DNA of 64,000 nucleotides from Gemmatimonadota bacterium (GCA_039588295.1 JBDHAB010000006.1:64001-128000); one strand, 5' to 3'; numbered from the stretch's first letter, positions 40,142 to 51,626 are shown. Numbers and translations: made by a program. Notes: a model not told the origin generated them from the letters alone.

Positions 40142-43042
40142 ATGCGGTTGGTGAATCTACTGGCGGTTGCGACGGTCGTTCTCCGTGCGGGGGCCGTGCT
40201 CGCCGTGTTTGCGGCGCCTGCTGCGGCGCAGGTTTCCGACGACGCCGTGCTGCAGGGGTTTCGCTGGAGAAACATCGGTCCGGCCAACATGGGCGGCCGC
40301 ATCGTGGATATTGAGGCGGTGGAGGGCGACTTCAAGCGGGTGTTCGTCGCGTCAGCCTCGGGGGGCGTGTGGAAGTCGGTGAATGCAGGCACGACCTGGG
40401 AGCCGATCTTCAACGACTACGGATCGGCGTCCATTGGAGACATCGGCCTGTTTCAGTCCAACCCCGACATCGTGTGGGTGGGTACCGGCGAGGCCAACAA
40501 TCGCAACAGCGTCGCGTGGGGGGACGGGATCTACAAGTCCACGGATGGTGGCAAGACGTTCGTCAACAAGGGTCTTGCGTCGACCCACCAGATCGCCCGG
40601 GTTGTCACGCATCCCGTGGATCCCACGATCGTCTTCGCGTGCGCCATCGGACATCTGTGGGGCGTCTCCGGCGACCGAGGACTGTTCCTGACCACCGATG
40701 GAGGTGAGAGCTGGCGGAAGCTCGGCGGTGGCCTGCCGGACGACAGCGGGACCGGATGTATCGATCTGGTGATGCACCCGTCCGATCCCAACGTGCTCTA
40801 TGCGGCGTTCTACTACCGCCTGCGTCAGCCGTGGACGTTCCACAGCGGCGGGCCTGCCGGGGGGATCTTCAAGTCCGTCGACGGGGGTGCCACCTGGCGG
40901 AAAGTCACGAATGGACTCCCGCGTGGAGAGACCGGTCGCATTGGCCTCGCGATCTACCGTGGGGACCCGCGCATCGTGATGGCCTTTGTGGAAGCCGAGC
41001 GTACGGACGATCTGACCCAGCCCGGATCGGGCGTGTATCGCTCCGAGGATGACGGAGAGACGTGGACGTACGTCAACACCTATAACAATCGACCGTTCTA
41101 CTACAGCCAGATCCGCATCAATCCCTTGGACGACCAGCGCGTGTACCTCCTCACCACGCGGTTCATGGTCTCCGAGGACGGGGGCAAGAGTCTGCGGAAC
41201 GGCAGTGAAGACCAAGAGATCCACGGCGACTTTCACGCGATGTGGCTCGATCCGAACGACGCCGACCGCTATTACATCGGTGACGACAAGGGGTTGCATT
41301 TCACCCATGACCACGGCGAGCACTTCGTCTTTCTGGACAACCTTCCGATTGCCCAGTACTACCGCATCGGCGTCGACATGCGGGATCCGTATTTCGTGTA
41401 CGGTGGCTTGCAGGACAACGGGACCTACGGCGGTCCCAGCTTTGCGCGTGACGTACGCGGGATCCTGAACGACTACAACTGGAAGCTCCACTGGGGCGAC
41501 GGTATGGATATCCAGGTGGATCCTACGAACTGGCGCGTGTTGTACACTGAGGCGGAGAACGGGAGCTTCAGACGGTACGATGTGCTGACCCACCGGTTTT
41601 CCGGTGCGCGGCCCAATCCGGTGACCGTCACCAATTACGCGGAGGCTGTAGCGGAATCGGAACGGGATGGTGGAGGCGAGTTCCGATACAACTGGTCTGC
41701 CCCTCTCGTCATGTCACCGCACGATCCCCAGACGCTCTTCCTGGGAGCGCAGTACGTCTTCAAGACCACGGACGGCGGCGACTCCTGGACCATCATCAGT
41801 CCGGATCTCACGACGAACGACCCACAGAAGCGAGTCCGAGGACAGAGCGGTGGAATCACGCCCGACAACACGGGTGCAGAATACCATTGCAGTATCACGT
41901 CGATCTCTCCGTCTCAGATCTCGCCTGACGTGATCTGGGTAGCGACCGACGACGGCAACGTTCAGTTGACCCGAAACGGAGGAACGACGTGGACGAACGT
42001 GCGAGCGCACATTCCGGACGTTCCCCAAGGCATCTGGGCTGGCCGTATCGAGGCCTCCCACCACGATCCGGCGACAGCCTACGTGACCTTTGACGGCCAT
42101 CGGAGCGACCTGTTCACCCCGTGGGTGTTCCGGACCACGGACTACGGCCGTAGCTGGACGAACATTGCGAGTAACATTCCGGACGGACAGGTCGTGCACC
42201 TCCTCCGAGAGGATCTCGAGAATCCGGAGTTGCTCTTCGTGGGAACGGAGTTTGGAATATTCGTGTCGCTGAACGGCGGAGCGTCGTGGACACGGTTCCG
42301 CAACGGGTTCCCGACGGTGGCGGTGCAGGACATGGTCATTCACCCGCGCGACCACGATCTGGTAGCGGGTACCCATGGTCGGAGCATCTGGATCCTGGAC
42401 GACATTACGCCCCTGCAGCAATTCACCCCCGAGGTCCGGGCGGCTACAGCCCACTTGTTCGAGCAACGTGTGGCGACCCTGTGGGAGAACACGAGCCGTG
42501 GCGGCCAACGCGGCCACTTTTGGTACGCGGGTGAGAACCCGGCAACGATCGAACCCGCCAGCAGCCTGCCACGCGCTGGATTCCGCAACGCGGCCATGAT
42601 CGCGTACTACGTTGGTGAAGCCGCCCCATCAGCCCCCAGGCTGGAGATCATCGATGTCGAAGGAGGACATACGAAGGCTGTCACGCTCGAACCTGAGGCG
42701 GGAATCCACCGGTATCGCTGGGACCTGGAGTTCGACCCGGTACCCTTCACGGAGGAGGAGCGGCTCCGGGTGAGCGAGACATTCGAGCGCGTGATTGCGG
42801 AGTTCCCGGCGAGACGACGGCAGCTCACGACGGCATACGAGCGATTCAAGAGCGCGCAGACGCCCCGGGCGGAGCGGTCTGCCGTGCAGGCCCTCCTGAG
42901 CCCGTCGGTTCGGAGCGGTCTGGGGAGCGAATACGGGTTGGTGACGGCCGGCCCGGGGACATACGTGCTGACGCTCTCGCTGGACGGGCAAGAGGTAGCC
43001 GGCACACTCCGGATCCGCGAAGACCCGTTGCTGGGACAGTAG
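40142..43042 (+). CDS. Secreted BNR/Asp-box (VPS10/sortilin-like) beta-propeller protein
   Basis: Signal peptide; WRNIGPANMGGRI; many S.DGG.TW Asp-boxes; GGLQDNG; GTHGRSIWILDD. Confidence 0.88.
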   Translation: MRLVNLLAVATVVLRAGAVLAVFAAPAAAQVSDDAVLQGFRWRNIGPANMGGRIVDIEAVEGDFKRVFVASASGGVWKSVNAGTTWEPIFNDYGSASIGDIGLFQSNPDIVWVGTGEANNRNSVAWGDGIYKSTDGGKTFVNKGLASTHQIARVVTHPVDPTIVFACAIGHLWGVSGDRGLFLTTDGGESWRKLGGGLPDDSGTGCIDLVMHPSDPNVLYAAFYYRLRQPWTFHSGGPAGGIFKSVDGGATWRKVTNGLPRGETGRIGLAIYRGDPRIVMAFVEAERTDDLTQPGSGVYRSEDDGETWTYVNTYNNRPFYYSQIRINPLDDQRVYLLTTRFMVSEDGGKSLRNGSEDQEIHGDFHAMWLDPNDADRYYIGDDKGLHFTHDHGEHFVFLDNLPIAQYYRIGVDMRDPYFVYGGLQDNGTYGGPSFARDVRGILNDYNWKLHWGDGMDIQVDPTNWRVLYTEAENGSFRRYDVLTHRFSGARPNPVTVTNYAEAVAESERDGGGEFRYNWSAPLVMSPHDPQTLFLGAQYVFKTTDGGDSWTIISPDLTTNDPQKRVRGQSGGITPDNTGAEYHCSITSISPSQISPDVIWVATDDGNVQLTRNGGTTWTNVRAHIPDVPQGIWAGRIEASHHDPATAYVTFDGHRSDLFTPWVFRTTDYGRSWTNIASNIPDGQVVHLLREDLENPELLFVGTEFGIFVSLNGGASWTRFRNGFPTVAVQDMVIHPRDHDLVAGTHGRSIWILDDITPLQQFTPEVRAATAHLFEQRVATLWENTSRGGQRGHFWYAGENPATIEPASSLPRAGFRNAAMIAYYVGEAAPSAPRLEIIDVEGGHTKAVTLEPEAGIHRYRWDLEFDPVPFTEEERLRVSETFERVIAEFPARRRQLTTAYERFKSAQTPRAERSAVQALLSPSVRSGLGSEYGLVTAGPGTYVLTLSLDGQEVAGTLRIREDPLLGQ

Positions 43043-43178
43043 CCACTCAGCGTGGCAGCTACTGCAGCACACAAATCCCTTGGGTTCACGGCGTTTTGAG
43101 GTCTTCCCGGGAGGGGAGCGGGCTGCCATTTTTCCGAGTGTCTTCTTCTAGCCGTACCTGGGTGGAAGTGAGTGCAGC

Positions 43179-45641
43179 ATGGGTGACGTACCGGACGGAC
43201 TGAGAACGGCGCTCGCCGGTCGCTACGACCTCGATAAGGAGATCGGCCGGGGAGGCATGGCGACCGTCTATCTCGCCCGTGATCGGAAGCACCGCCGAAA
43301 AGTCGCCGTCAAAGTCTTCCGGTCGGAGCTGTCCGCCTCGGTCGGTACGGAGCGGTTCCTTCGCGAGATCGAGATCGCCGCTCAACTGAGCCACCCGCAC
43401 ATCCTCCCGTTGTACGATTCGGGACACGCCGACGGGTTTCTCTACTATGTGATGCCGTATGTTGAGGGAGAGTCGCTGCGCGAGCGCCTTCGGCTCGAGC
43501 AGCAACTCCCGGTCGAGGAAGCGTTGGAGATCGGTGTGGAGGTCGCCGATGCGCTCGCGCACGCCCACAGCAGCGGCGTGGTCCACCGTGACATCAAGCC
43601 CGAGAACATCCTGTTCGCTGCGGGGCAACCGGTCATCGCCGACTTCGGGATGGCGCGTGCGGTCACGATGCTCGATGGGAAAGAGTTGACGGATGTCGGG
43701 ATTGCCGTCGGCACCCCCACCTACATGAGCCCCGAGCAAGCGACGGGGGCAGAGCGGCAGGATCATCGCAGTGACGTCTACGCGCTGGGGTGCGTCGTCT
43801 ACGAGATGCTGGCCGGCATTCCGCCGTTCGTCGGGCCCAGCGCCCAAGCGGTCATGGCACGACATTCCACGGATCCGGTTCCGCCGCTCCGCACCGTGCG
43901 CGAGAGCATACCCGAATCCGTCGAACGGGTGGTGCTTCGCGCGCTCGCCAAGACGCCGGCCGACCGGTACACCACGGCGGCACAGTTTGCCGACGCTCTC
44001 CGCAAGGCGCAAACTGAATGGATCTCCTACTCATCCGGTGCGACGGTGGTCACACAAGCGAGCGGTCACGGTAGTAGCGCCACATGGCTCAAACGGAGTC
44101 TGGTGCCCGTTGTGGTCGTTGCGGCTGCGCTATTGATCTGGCGTCCATGGTCGGGCGGCCAGAGTCCTGCCGTCGCAACCGCGCCTGCGTATGGTGATTC
44201 CATCGCGGTGAAGCCGGTGGTCAATCTCACCGGTCGGGGCATACTGGATCACGTGGCAGAGGTGGTGACCCACGATCTCATCGGATATCTGACCCAGTTC
44301 CCGCAGATCAAGGTGACGTCGCTCCACTCGGTACGGGCGCTTGCCGACGCGCGCCTTACGTCGCGCCAGCTTGCGGAGTCGCTCGGGGTACGGCTCGTGC
44401 TCGAGGCGCGCTTCTTGTCTCGTGGAGATGGGTTCCTCGTACAGGCGTCGTTGATCGACGCGATGCGCGACGCCAGTCTGTGGAACGATGCGTGGGGTTC
44501 CGACCTCTCGGACCCCGGGGCTGCCGAAGTGGAGATGGTGCGCCGCATCGGAGAGGCAATCGCGCAGCGCGTCGAAGGGACCGCAGTTGCGGAGGCCCGG
44601 CTTCCCCCGGAACACGCCCAACGGGAGGCAGCTGAGGCGTATCAGATCGGACGCCACTGGTTGCCGCGTCGCACCCCTGAGGGTATCCGGCGCGCCATAG
44701 CGGCATTCCGCGAGGCGGTCGCCCGTGACTCGACCTACGCACCGGCCTATGCAGGTCTCTCATCGGCCTACTCGCTGGCGCTCGCGTACCGCTATGACAT
44801 CGGCCTGGATGGCTACGGGACGGCCGGGCGGTCGTTAGCCCTGGCCGATCGGGCGGTCGCGCTGGACTCAACCCTCGCCAGTGCCTTTGCCGCACGCGGA
44901 TACCTCGAAAGTCGCTCGTTTGCACCCACGCCGACTGTCGCCACTGACTGCGAGCGGGTGCTCGCGCTGCAACCCAGTGGGGCAGATGGACCCAGTTGGT
45001 GCGCTCGCGTGCTCGCGCAGCAGGGAGACATCGATGCCGCGTTTGCCGAGGCGGAGCGGGCGGTTGCCCTGGATCCGCTCTCGGCGGGTCGGCGGCTCGC
45101 GCTCGCCTACGAGGCGTTGGGCAGCCGGCGGTACAACCTCGCCATCCAGCAGGCACAGATGGCGTCGGCCCTGGAGCCAGAGCTCGTACTCCCTCTGGCG
45201 ATCGAAGCGCGCGCGCGCCTGCTCGCGGGGGATGCTGCGGGTTGTGTGGGAATGGAGCTCGGCCCCCATGCGGTGCTGCGGGCCATGTGTGTCCGTGAGC
45301 TCGGCCGCATCGACGAGGCGAGCGCGATCGTCGACTCCGTCCTCAGTCTGGTCGAACCGGGCGCTCTGGTCGACACCGTCTTCACCGAAGTGATCCGTGC
45401 GGAAGACCTCGCCACGTACTACGGGTGGATCGGTGATGCCGGTGCCGCTTTGAGGTGGCTCGTTCGGGCATACGACCTGTCGCCAAGCGGCGTCGAGGTC
45501 CGGGTGCTCGAATCCGAGCTGTTCCGCCGCGTCCGGAGCGATGCAGCGTTCGCCGAGGGGGTAGCTCGGGTTCGAGGCTCCATTTGGCCGCGGGTCGAAG
45601 CCGCGAGCCGCGGCTTCGCGTCCCCCGCGCCAACCCCGTAG
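43179..45641 (+). CDS. Membrane-anchored Ser/Thr protein kinase with TolB-N-like and TPR domains
   Basis: GRGGMA, HRDIKPEN, ADFG, GTPTYMSPEQ; TM segment LVPVVVVAAALLIW; TPRs. Confidence 0.9.
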   Translation: MGDVPDGLRTALAGRYDLDKEIGRGGMATVYLARDRKHRRKVAVKVFRSELSASVGTERFLREIEIAAQLSHPHILPLYDSGHADGFLYYVMPYVEGESLRERLRLEQQLPVEEALEIGVEVADALAHAHSSGVVHRDIKPENILFAAGQPVIADFGMARAVTMLDGKELTDVGIAVGTPTYMSPEQATGAERQDHRSDVYALGCVVYEMLAGIPPFVGPSAQAVMARHSTDPVPPLRTVRESIPESVERVVLRALAKTPADRYTTAAQFADALRKAQTEWISYSSGATVVTQASGHGSSATWLKRSLVPVVVVAAALLIWRPWSGGQSPAVATAPAYGDSIAVKPVVNLTGRGILDHVAEVVTHDLIGYLTQFPQIKVTSLHSVRALADARLTSRQLAESLGVRLVLEARFLSRGDGFLVQASLIDAMRDASLWNDAWGSDLSDPGAAEVEMVRRIGEAIAQRVEGTAVAEARLPPEHAQREAAEAYQIGRHWLPRRTPEGIRRAIAAFREAVARDSTYAPAYAGLSSAYSLALAYRYDIGLDGYGTAGRSLALADRAVALDSTLASAFAARGYLESRSFAPTPTVATDCERVLALQPSGADGPSWCARVLAQQGDIDAAFAEAERAVALDPLSAGRRLALAYEALGSRRYNLAIQQAQMASALEPELVLPLAIEARARLLAGDAAGCVGMELGPHAVLRAMCVRELGRIDEASAIVDSVLSLVEPGALVDTVFTEVIRAEDLATYYGWIGDAGAALRWLVRAYDLSPSGVEVRVLESELFRRVRSDAAFAEGVARVRGSIWPRVEAASRGFASPAPTP

Positions 45642-45665
45642 CAATCGAGGCGGAGGAGCCGTCAC

Positions 45666-47310
45666 ATGTGGCTGACGCCCCGCACCATGCGTTTGCTGCT
45701 GGCTGGAGCCTGCGCACTCGCCTGTGCTGAGACCGACTGGCGGGCGCAGATACCGGCAGACTGGCCATTCTCCTTGGACGGTCCGTCCACCTACGCGCAA
45801 CACGGCATGGTTGTCTCCACCGACCGCTATGCGAGCGAGGTTGGCGTCGAGATTCTGAAGGCGGGGGGTAACGCCGTCGATGCCGCTGTAGCGACATCAC
45901 TTGCCCTGGCCGTTGTCAGTCCCGAGGCCGGCAACATCGGTGGTGGTGGCTTCATGGTGATCCGGCTCGCCGACGGTGAGACAGCCGCAATCGACTATCG
46001 TGAGCGCGCGCCGGCGTCCGCATCCCGGGATATGTACCTCGACTCTGCGGGGAATCTCACCGACGCGTCCGTGCTCGGACACCTGGCAGTTGGGGTGCCA
46101 GGCACCGTGGCGGGCCTGTGGGACGCCCATCAACGCTTCGGATTCCTGCCATGGAGTGATCGCCATATTCCTTCCCAACGGTCGCGCTCCGGAAGTCGGC
46201 GACACACTCATCCAGTCCGACCTTGCGGCGACACTGCGACGTATCCAGGTGGACGGCCGCGACGGGTTCTATCGTGGTACAACGGCCAGTCTCATTGTGC
46301 AGGAGATGGAGCGCGGTGGCGGGCTGATCACCCATCGAGATCTCGCGACCTACGAGGCTGCCTGGCGTGACCCGATCGAGTTCACCTACCGCGGGCACAC
46401 CCTCCTCTCGATGCCGCCGGTCTCCTCTGGTGGGGCGACTCTCGGGGCGATGATGAAGATCCTCGAAGGGTACGACCTCCCGTCGATGACGTGGCACTCG
46501 CCTGAGATGATCCATTATCTGGCAGAAGCGTGGAAGCGGGCGTACGCAGATCGGAATGCCTATCTCGCCGATCCGGATTATGTGGAGATGCCGATCGCGC
46601 GCATGATCTCGGAGGAGTACGCGGCGGAGCGCCGCGCGAGCATCGCTCGGGACCGCGCAACACCGTCATTGGAGATTGGCCCCGGTCTGGGGCGACCGGC
46701 CCGCGAGTTGAACACCACACATCTCTCAGTCGTGGACAGGCAGGGACACGCAGTCTCCCTCACGACCACGATCAACTCGTTCTATGGCAGCAAGGTGACC
46801 GTGGCCGGTGCCGGGTTTCTTCTCAACAACGAGATGGACGACTTCGCCGCCCAGCCGGGGTCACCGAACCAGTACGGACTCGTCCAGGGCGAGAACAACG
46901 CGATCGAGCCAGGCAAGCGCATGCTGTCGGCGATGACGCCCACGATCGTGCTGGATCCGGAGCGCCGGCTGTTGATGGTGCTCGGTACGCCCGGCGGCGC
47001 CACGATCATCACCAACGTGTTTCAGAACATCTCCAACGTGATCGACTATGGAATGGGAATCCGCGAAGCCGTGAACGCGCCGCGGTTGCATCACCAACAC
47101 TTGCCCGACCGCATTCAGTGGGAACCCGGCTCGCTCTCGGACGAAACGGTGGAAGCGCTTCAGGCAATGGGGCACACGCTGGAGGAGCGCATCCGCACCG
47201 GTGCCGTGTACCCCTATATCGGTGACATCCAGGCGATCCTCGTACGGCCCGACGGACGCCTCGAGGGGGCGTCCGATCCACGGAGGGGAGGGACTGCCGT
47301 CGGTTATTGA
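45666..47310 (+). pseudogene. ggt: Gamma-glutamyltransferase broken by an internal deletion and frameshift near 46160
   Basis: First frame has GGNAVDAAVA, GNIGGGGF, DYRERAP, GVPGTVAG...FGFLPWSD. A second frame resumes at AIFLPNG and has NTTHLS, LNNEMDDF, MLSAMTP, GTPGG and SDPR. Confidence 0.85.
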
Positions 47311-48458
47311 GCCTCGGGTGCTTGTTTCGGCTGTGGATCGCGGTCGGCGTCTCGACCCCTCTCATCGACCACGAAAGTCAGCGTCCTGCGCTTGGCCACG
47401 GCGGCGCCCAGGGTTTCAACCACAGTTGGATCCAGCGCCTTACCCGCCAGCGTGCCAAGGTATTCGGCGGCCTCATCCTGGGACATCTCCTTTTGGTGCG
47501 GTCGTGACGACGTGATGGCGTCGAACACGTCCGCCGCGGCAATGATCCGCGCTCCCAGAGGGATCTCGTCTCCTGCAAGGCCACTCGGATACCCGGACCC
47601 GTCCCACCGTTCGTGGTGGTGACGAACCAGCGCCACCACCGGTGCAAGGTGCCTGAAAGGCTCGAGGATCTGTGACCCTACGGCGATGTGCCCTTTGACG
47701 TGTGCGAACTCTTGCTCCGTAAGCTGGCCCGCCTTGTTCAACACCTCGTCGCGCACCCCAATCATGCCGATGTCGTGGAGCATTCCGGCCGTGCGCACCT
47801 GTTCCACTGTCTCGTCGTCGAGATCGAGGTGTCCAGCGATCGTGGCCGAAAGAGAGGCAACGCGGGCGGAGTGGCCACCGAAATAGTCGCTCTTTGCCTC
47901 GAGCGCGTTGATGAGCGCGGTAAGCGTTGCGACCGTGAGCTCTTCCTGACGCTGGCGATGGACCTCGACCTCCTCGCCACGACGTTGCACCTCGCGACGC
48001 AGCCAGTCGGTGATACCCTGGTCCTGCTTGTGGGTGTCGCGACGGCGGAGGGCCCGGTGGATGGCGTCGTCCAACTCCACGAACTGGATCGGTTTCGTGA
48101 GATAGTCCATGGCCCCACGCTGCATACATTCGGCGGCGATCTGCGCCTCATTCACCCCGCTCAACATGACCACGGCGAGGTCCGAATCGATCTCCAACGC
48201 CGCCGGCAGCACCTCAATGCCGGTCATTCCGGGCATCCGGATGTCCAGAATCATGAGCGCCGCCGGCTCCTGCCGGAGGGAATCCAGCGCTGCCGATCCG
48301 GTGCTTGCGGTGCCAACCGAGCACCCCTTGCCCTCGAGATAGCGCTTCAACGGACGGCGAATGGCCTCCTCGTCATCCACGATCAGGATCCTCACGCCGG
48401 CGGTGGCCGGCGCTTCGGCGGACTGTTGCTCCTCGTTCGGAGTGTCTTGTGAAGCCAT
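47304..48458 (-). CDS. Response regulator with HD-GYP phosphodiesterase domain
   Basis: Receiver IVDDE...ILDIRMP; HSARV, LHDIG, HHERWDGSGYP, ADVFDA. Confidence 0.93.
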   Translation of the reverse strand: MASQDTPNEEQQSAEAPATAGVRILIVDDEEAIRRPLKRYLEGKGCSVGTASTGSAALDSLRQEPAALMILDIRMPGMTGIEVLPAALEIDSDLAVVMLSGVNEAQIAAECMQRGAMDYLTKPIQFVELDDAIHRALRRRDTHKQDQGITDWLRREVQRRGEEVEVHRQRQEELTVATLTALINALEAKSDYFGGHSARVASLSATIAGHLDLDDETVEQVRTAGMLHDIGMIGVRDEVLNKAGQLTEQEFAHVKGHIAVGSQILEPFRHLAPVVALVRHHHERWDGSGYPSGLAGDEIPLGARIIAAADVFDAITSSRPHQKEMSQDEAAEYLGTLAGKALDPTVVETLGAAVAKRRTLTFVVDERGRDADRDPQPKQAPEAQ

Positions 48459-48721
48459 ACGCAGTCTCCAAGGGACGCCACGAATCGGCCTGCCGTCTTA
48501 CTCCGTGCCTCATCGCCTACGGACCGGTCGCAGACGGCACAATATCGACGTAACGTAGGATGGCGTAGACGTGGACGCCAGCCCGAGCACCGGGCCGGAG
48601 GTGTCCGTCTGAGGCTGACACCAAGAGTGTTATTGTTCGTACGTCTGCGGGTCGCCGACACTGATAGGTGATTGGGCGGCGAGCGCGTAGCTTGTGATGC
48701 GGACCACCTGAGGAGTCTTCA

Positions 48722-49096
48722 ATGAAGCGGATTCTGGTGGTGGACGACGAGGAAGGAATCCGATCCCTCGCCCAACGTATCCTGGAACGCTTCGGGTACG
48801 CGGTCGAGACGGCCTCCAATGGTCAGGAAGCCCTCAGCCTCTATCGCGAGGACGCACCCGATCTCGTCCTGCTGGACATGTTCATGCCGGACAGCGATGG
48901 GTTTGAGGCTATTCGTGAACTCAAGAAGGAGTTCCCCGAGGCGCGGATCATCGCGACATCGGGAGGTGGGACGTTGATGAAGAAGGATGTGCTCGAAATG
49001 GCGAAGGTAGTCGGCGCTGCCGCGACCCTCCCTAAACCGTTTTCCCTTGCGGAGCTCCAGTCGACGGTTGAGCGGGTGCTGGCGTCACCCTCGTAG
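48722..49096 (+). CDS. Single-domain response regulator
   Basis: LVVDDE, LLDMFMP, IATSGG, KPF; GAGGAG RBS. Confidence 0.92.
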   Translation: MKRILVVDDEEGIRSLAQRILERFGYAVETASNGQEALSLYREDAPDLVLLDMFMPDSDGFEAIRELKKEFPEARIIATSGGGTLMKKDVLEMAKVVGAAATLPKPFSLAELQSTVERVLASPS

Positions 49097-49129
49097 AAAC
49101 TTCAGAAGCGGGGGCCCGCCGCCGGACTC

Positions 49130-50407
49130 TCAAAGCTCTCGGATGGCCTCGATGGGGTCGAGCTTGGCCGCGCGGCTCGCGGGATACCAGCCGAACAGCA
49201 ATCCGACAAACAGGGCGAAAACGATCGCCATCCAGACCCCTGGAACGTAAAGGGGGATGCCGAGGTCGCGCCCAAAGCTCTGTGCGATCGACTCGGTGAT
49301 CAGGATCAGGCCGGTGCCGCCACCAACGCCCAGCGTTGCACCGAGCAACGCGAGCACCAGCGACTCCGCCAAGAACAGCTGACGGATGTGGCGATCATCG
49401 GCCCCCAATGCCTTCCGGATGCCGATTTCCCGGACCCGCTCGCGAACGGAGATGAGCAGCACGCTGAACAGGCCGATCCCCCCCACGACGAGGGTTACCC
49501 CCGCGATCGTAAACAGCACGACGTCCCAGCCGCGTGCGATGCCGCCGGCCATCACGAGATCGGCCTCGAGGTTGGCGTTTTCGTTGTCGACATCGAAGTC
49601 GTCCGCGCCCAGGTGCCGCTGGCTGAGCAGGGTCCGACCGGCCTGTACGGTGGATGGGAAATCCGCGTCGTCCGCGACTTTGAGCAGCAGGTTGTCGACA
49701 CGTCCTAATCCCTTGTGATACAGGGTGAGGTAGGTGAACGGCACGTAGACACGTCGAGCGAGAAAGGAGAAATCTGCCGGGATCAGCTCCAGCTCGATCG
49801 GAGCCACGACGCCCACAACCTGGAACCTGATCCCCTCGATGAGAATCGTGCGCCCGACGGGGTCCGCAGATCCAAAGAAGTCTTCTACCAGCTCCTGCCC
49901 GACTACCGCAACCCTGGCGGCGTTCATCACGTCCAGGGGAACGAACTCTCGGCCGCGCACGATCCGCCAGTTTCGGAATCGGAGGTAGCCGGCGTCGACC
50001 CCGTCCACTTGAACGACCCGCTGATCCAACGGTGTGCTCACGAGGCGAGACCCGGCGAAGTTGCGGGCATAGGTTCCCTCGACCCCGCGGAGGGAGCGGA
50101 GCGCCTCCACGTCTGTCAGGCGGATCCCTCGGTGCCGAAGCTCACTTGCGTAGCGCGCGTCCGATCGAGGTCCGCGATCGTAGAGCTCGAAGGTGCGCGG
50201 CATTCCCATGCGGCTCAGCTCGTCGAAGGCCACCGTCTTGATCGCGGCGGAGAGCGACGTCATGGAGACGACGGATGCTGTGCCGAACACGATTCCCGTC
50301 AGCGTGAGCAACGAGCGCAGTGGATGCGCTCGGATCTCACGCATCGCATCGAGCGACAGCTCGCCAGCGCTGCCGAGGGCCGCCCGCCATCGGCCGTGGC
50401 TAGCCAT
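49130..50407 (-). CDS. MacB/FtsX-like ABC permease
   Basis: RSLLTLTGIVFG, SVRERVREIGIRKALGA, PASRAAKLDPIEAIR. Confidence 0.92.
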   Translation of the reverse strand: MASHGRWRAALGSAGELSLDAMREIRAHPLRSLLTLTGIVFGTASVVSMTSLSAAIKTVAFDELSRMGMPRTFELYDRGPRSDARYASELRHRGIRLTDVEALRSLRGVEGTYARNFAGSRLVSTPLDQRVVQVDGVDAGYLRFRNWRIVRGREFVPLDVMNAARVAVVGQELVEDFFGSADPVGRTILIEGIRFQVVGVVAPIELELIPADFSFLARRVYVPFTYLTLYHKGLGRVDNLLLKVADDADFPSTVQAGRTLLSQRHLGADDFDVDNENANLEADLVMAGGIARGWDVVLFTIAGVTLVVGGIGLFSVLLISVRERVREIGIRKALGADDRHIRQLFLAESLVLALLGATLGVGGGTGLILITESIAQSFGRDLGIPLYVPGVWMAIVFALFVGLLFGWYPASRAAKLDPIEAIREL

Positions 50408-51626
50408 AGCGCAGTGCCTCGACCGGTGACAACCGGGCGGCCCGAAACGCTGGGTAGATGCCGGCCACCACGCCGACGCTCAGCGACGTCCCGAGTGCAA
50501 CGGTTGCCATGGTTCCGGTGACGACCGCCGGCATCTTCATGAAATGGGCGACCGCGCCGGTGAGCGCGGATCCGAGTCCCAAGCCCGCCAGCCCACCGAT
50601 CCCCGCGATGACCACAACCTGGGCGACGACCTGGGCAAAGATCTGGATACCCGAGGCACCCAGGGCCATCCTCGTGCCGAACTCGCGCACCCGCTCGACC
50701 ACGGACGCTAACAAGATGTTAGCAATCACGACTCCGCCCGCGAACAGCGAGACGACGCCGACGACCAAGAAGATGAAGTTGAACATGAGAAAGAACGCCG
50801 CATCCTCACCATCTCTGGATCCGGAGGGCGTGATGTCGAAGTCTTCCACTCCGTGCCGCAGTCTGAGCATGGTCGCGACCTGCGACTCGGCCGCGCGGGC
50901 ACCGGTCGGCGTTCGCGCCCGGAGGGTGAGAAAACTCAAGCGATCGTCGTCCCCGGTGTACTGGGTGAACGCGGTCGTGATCGGAACGTATGCTCGCTCG
51001 TTGCGATACTCGAGTTCGTTTCCGCTCCATACGGCGAAGTAGAACTCCTCACGCTCCAGCACGCCGACGACCGTGTAATTCTTTCCTCCCAGGTTGACCA
51101 GCCGACCAAGGGCGCGGTCGGGTTGTCCGAACAGGGAGTCCGCGTACTTCCAGCCGAGTACCATGACACGAGACTTACGGCGGATGTCCAGATCGCTCAG
51201 GTAGCGTCCCACCAGGGGTCGAATGTCATTGATCCGAGCGTAGTCGGGTGTGGTGCCGATGACCGGACCCGTGAAGTGCGCATCCCCGACCACGTACTCG
51301 AGTTGATCGAACCATCCCGGCGCGACGTTGGCCAACGTCGTCGCGTGATCTTTGAGGTATGCGGCGTCCCGGTAGGTGAGGCGATCGGACGCAAGCTCCC
51401 GTGCCGTGGGCTGCTGAGACTGTTCCCGGTCGCGAACGATCACGGACCCGAAACCACCCACCTCGGCGATGAACTCCTGCGTGTGCTTCGACTGCCCCCC
51501 AAACAGGGCAAGCACGGTCACGATGCTCGCCGTGCCGAGCACGAGACCTCCGAGTGACAGCAGGGTCTGTCCAAGATGGCGCCGGGCTTCATCCAACCCG
51601 ACCAGCAAGGACTCCAACAAGCTCAC
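50400..51626 (-). CDS. MacB/FtsX-like ABC permease
   Basis: SVVERVREFGTRMALGA, PAFRAARLSPVEALR. Confidence 0.92.
   Translation of the reverse strand: MSLLESLLVGLDEARRHLGQTLLSLGGLVLGTASIVTVLALFGGQSKHTQEFIAEVGGFGSVIVRDREQSQQPTARELASDRLTYRDAAYLKDHATTLANVAPGWFDQLEYVVGDAHFTGPVIGTTPDYARINDIRPLVGRYLSDLDIRRKSRVMVLGWKYADSLFGQPDRALGRLVNLGGKNYTVVGVLEREEFYFAVWSGNELEYRNERAYVPITTAFTQYTGDDDRLSFLTLRARTPTGARAAESQVATMLRLRHGVEDFDITPSGSRDGEDAAFFLMFNFIFLVVGVVSLFAGGVVIANILLASVVERVREFGTRMALGASGIQIFAQVVAQVVVIAGIGGLAGLGLGSALTGAVAHFMKMPAVVTGTMATVALGTSLSVGVVAGIYPAFRAARLSPVEALRYG

Noticed and set aside
45976..46370. Programmed ribosomal frameshift in ggt
   Set aside because: No slippery sequence at the junction, and a conserved segment is physically missing.
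48616..48632. TGACAC-N5-GTGTTA imperfect palindrome between divergent response regulators
   Set aside because: Single imperfect 6-bp dyad; too weak without comparative data.
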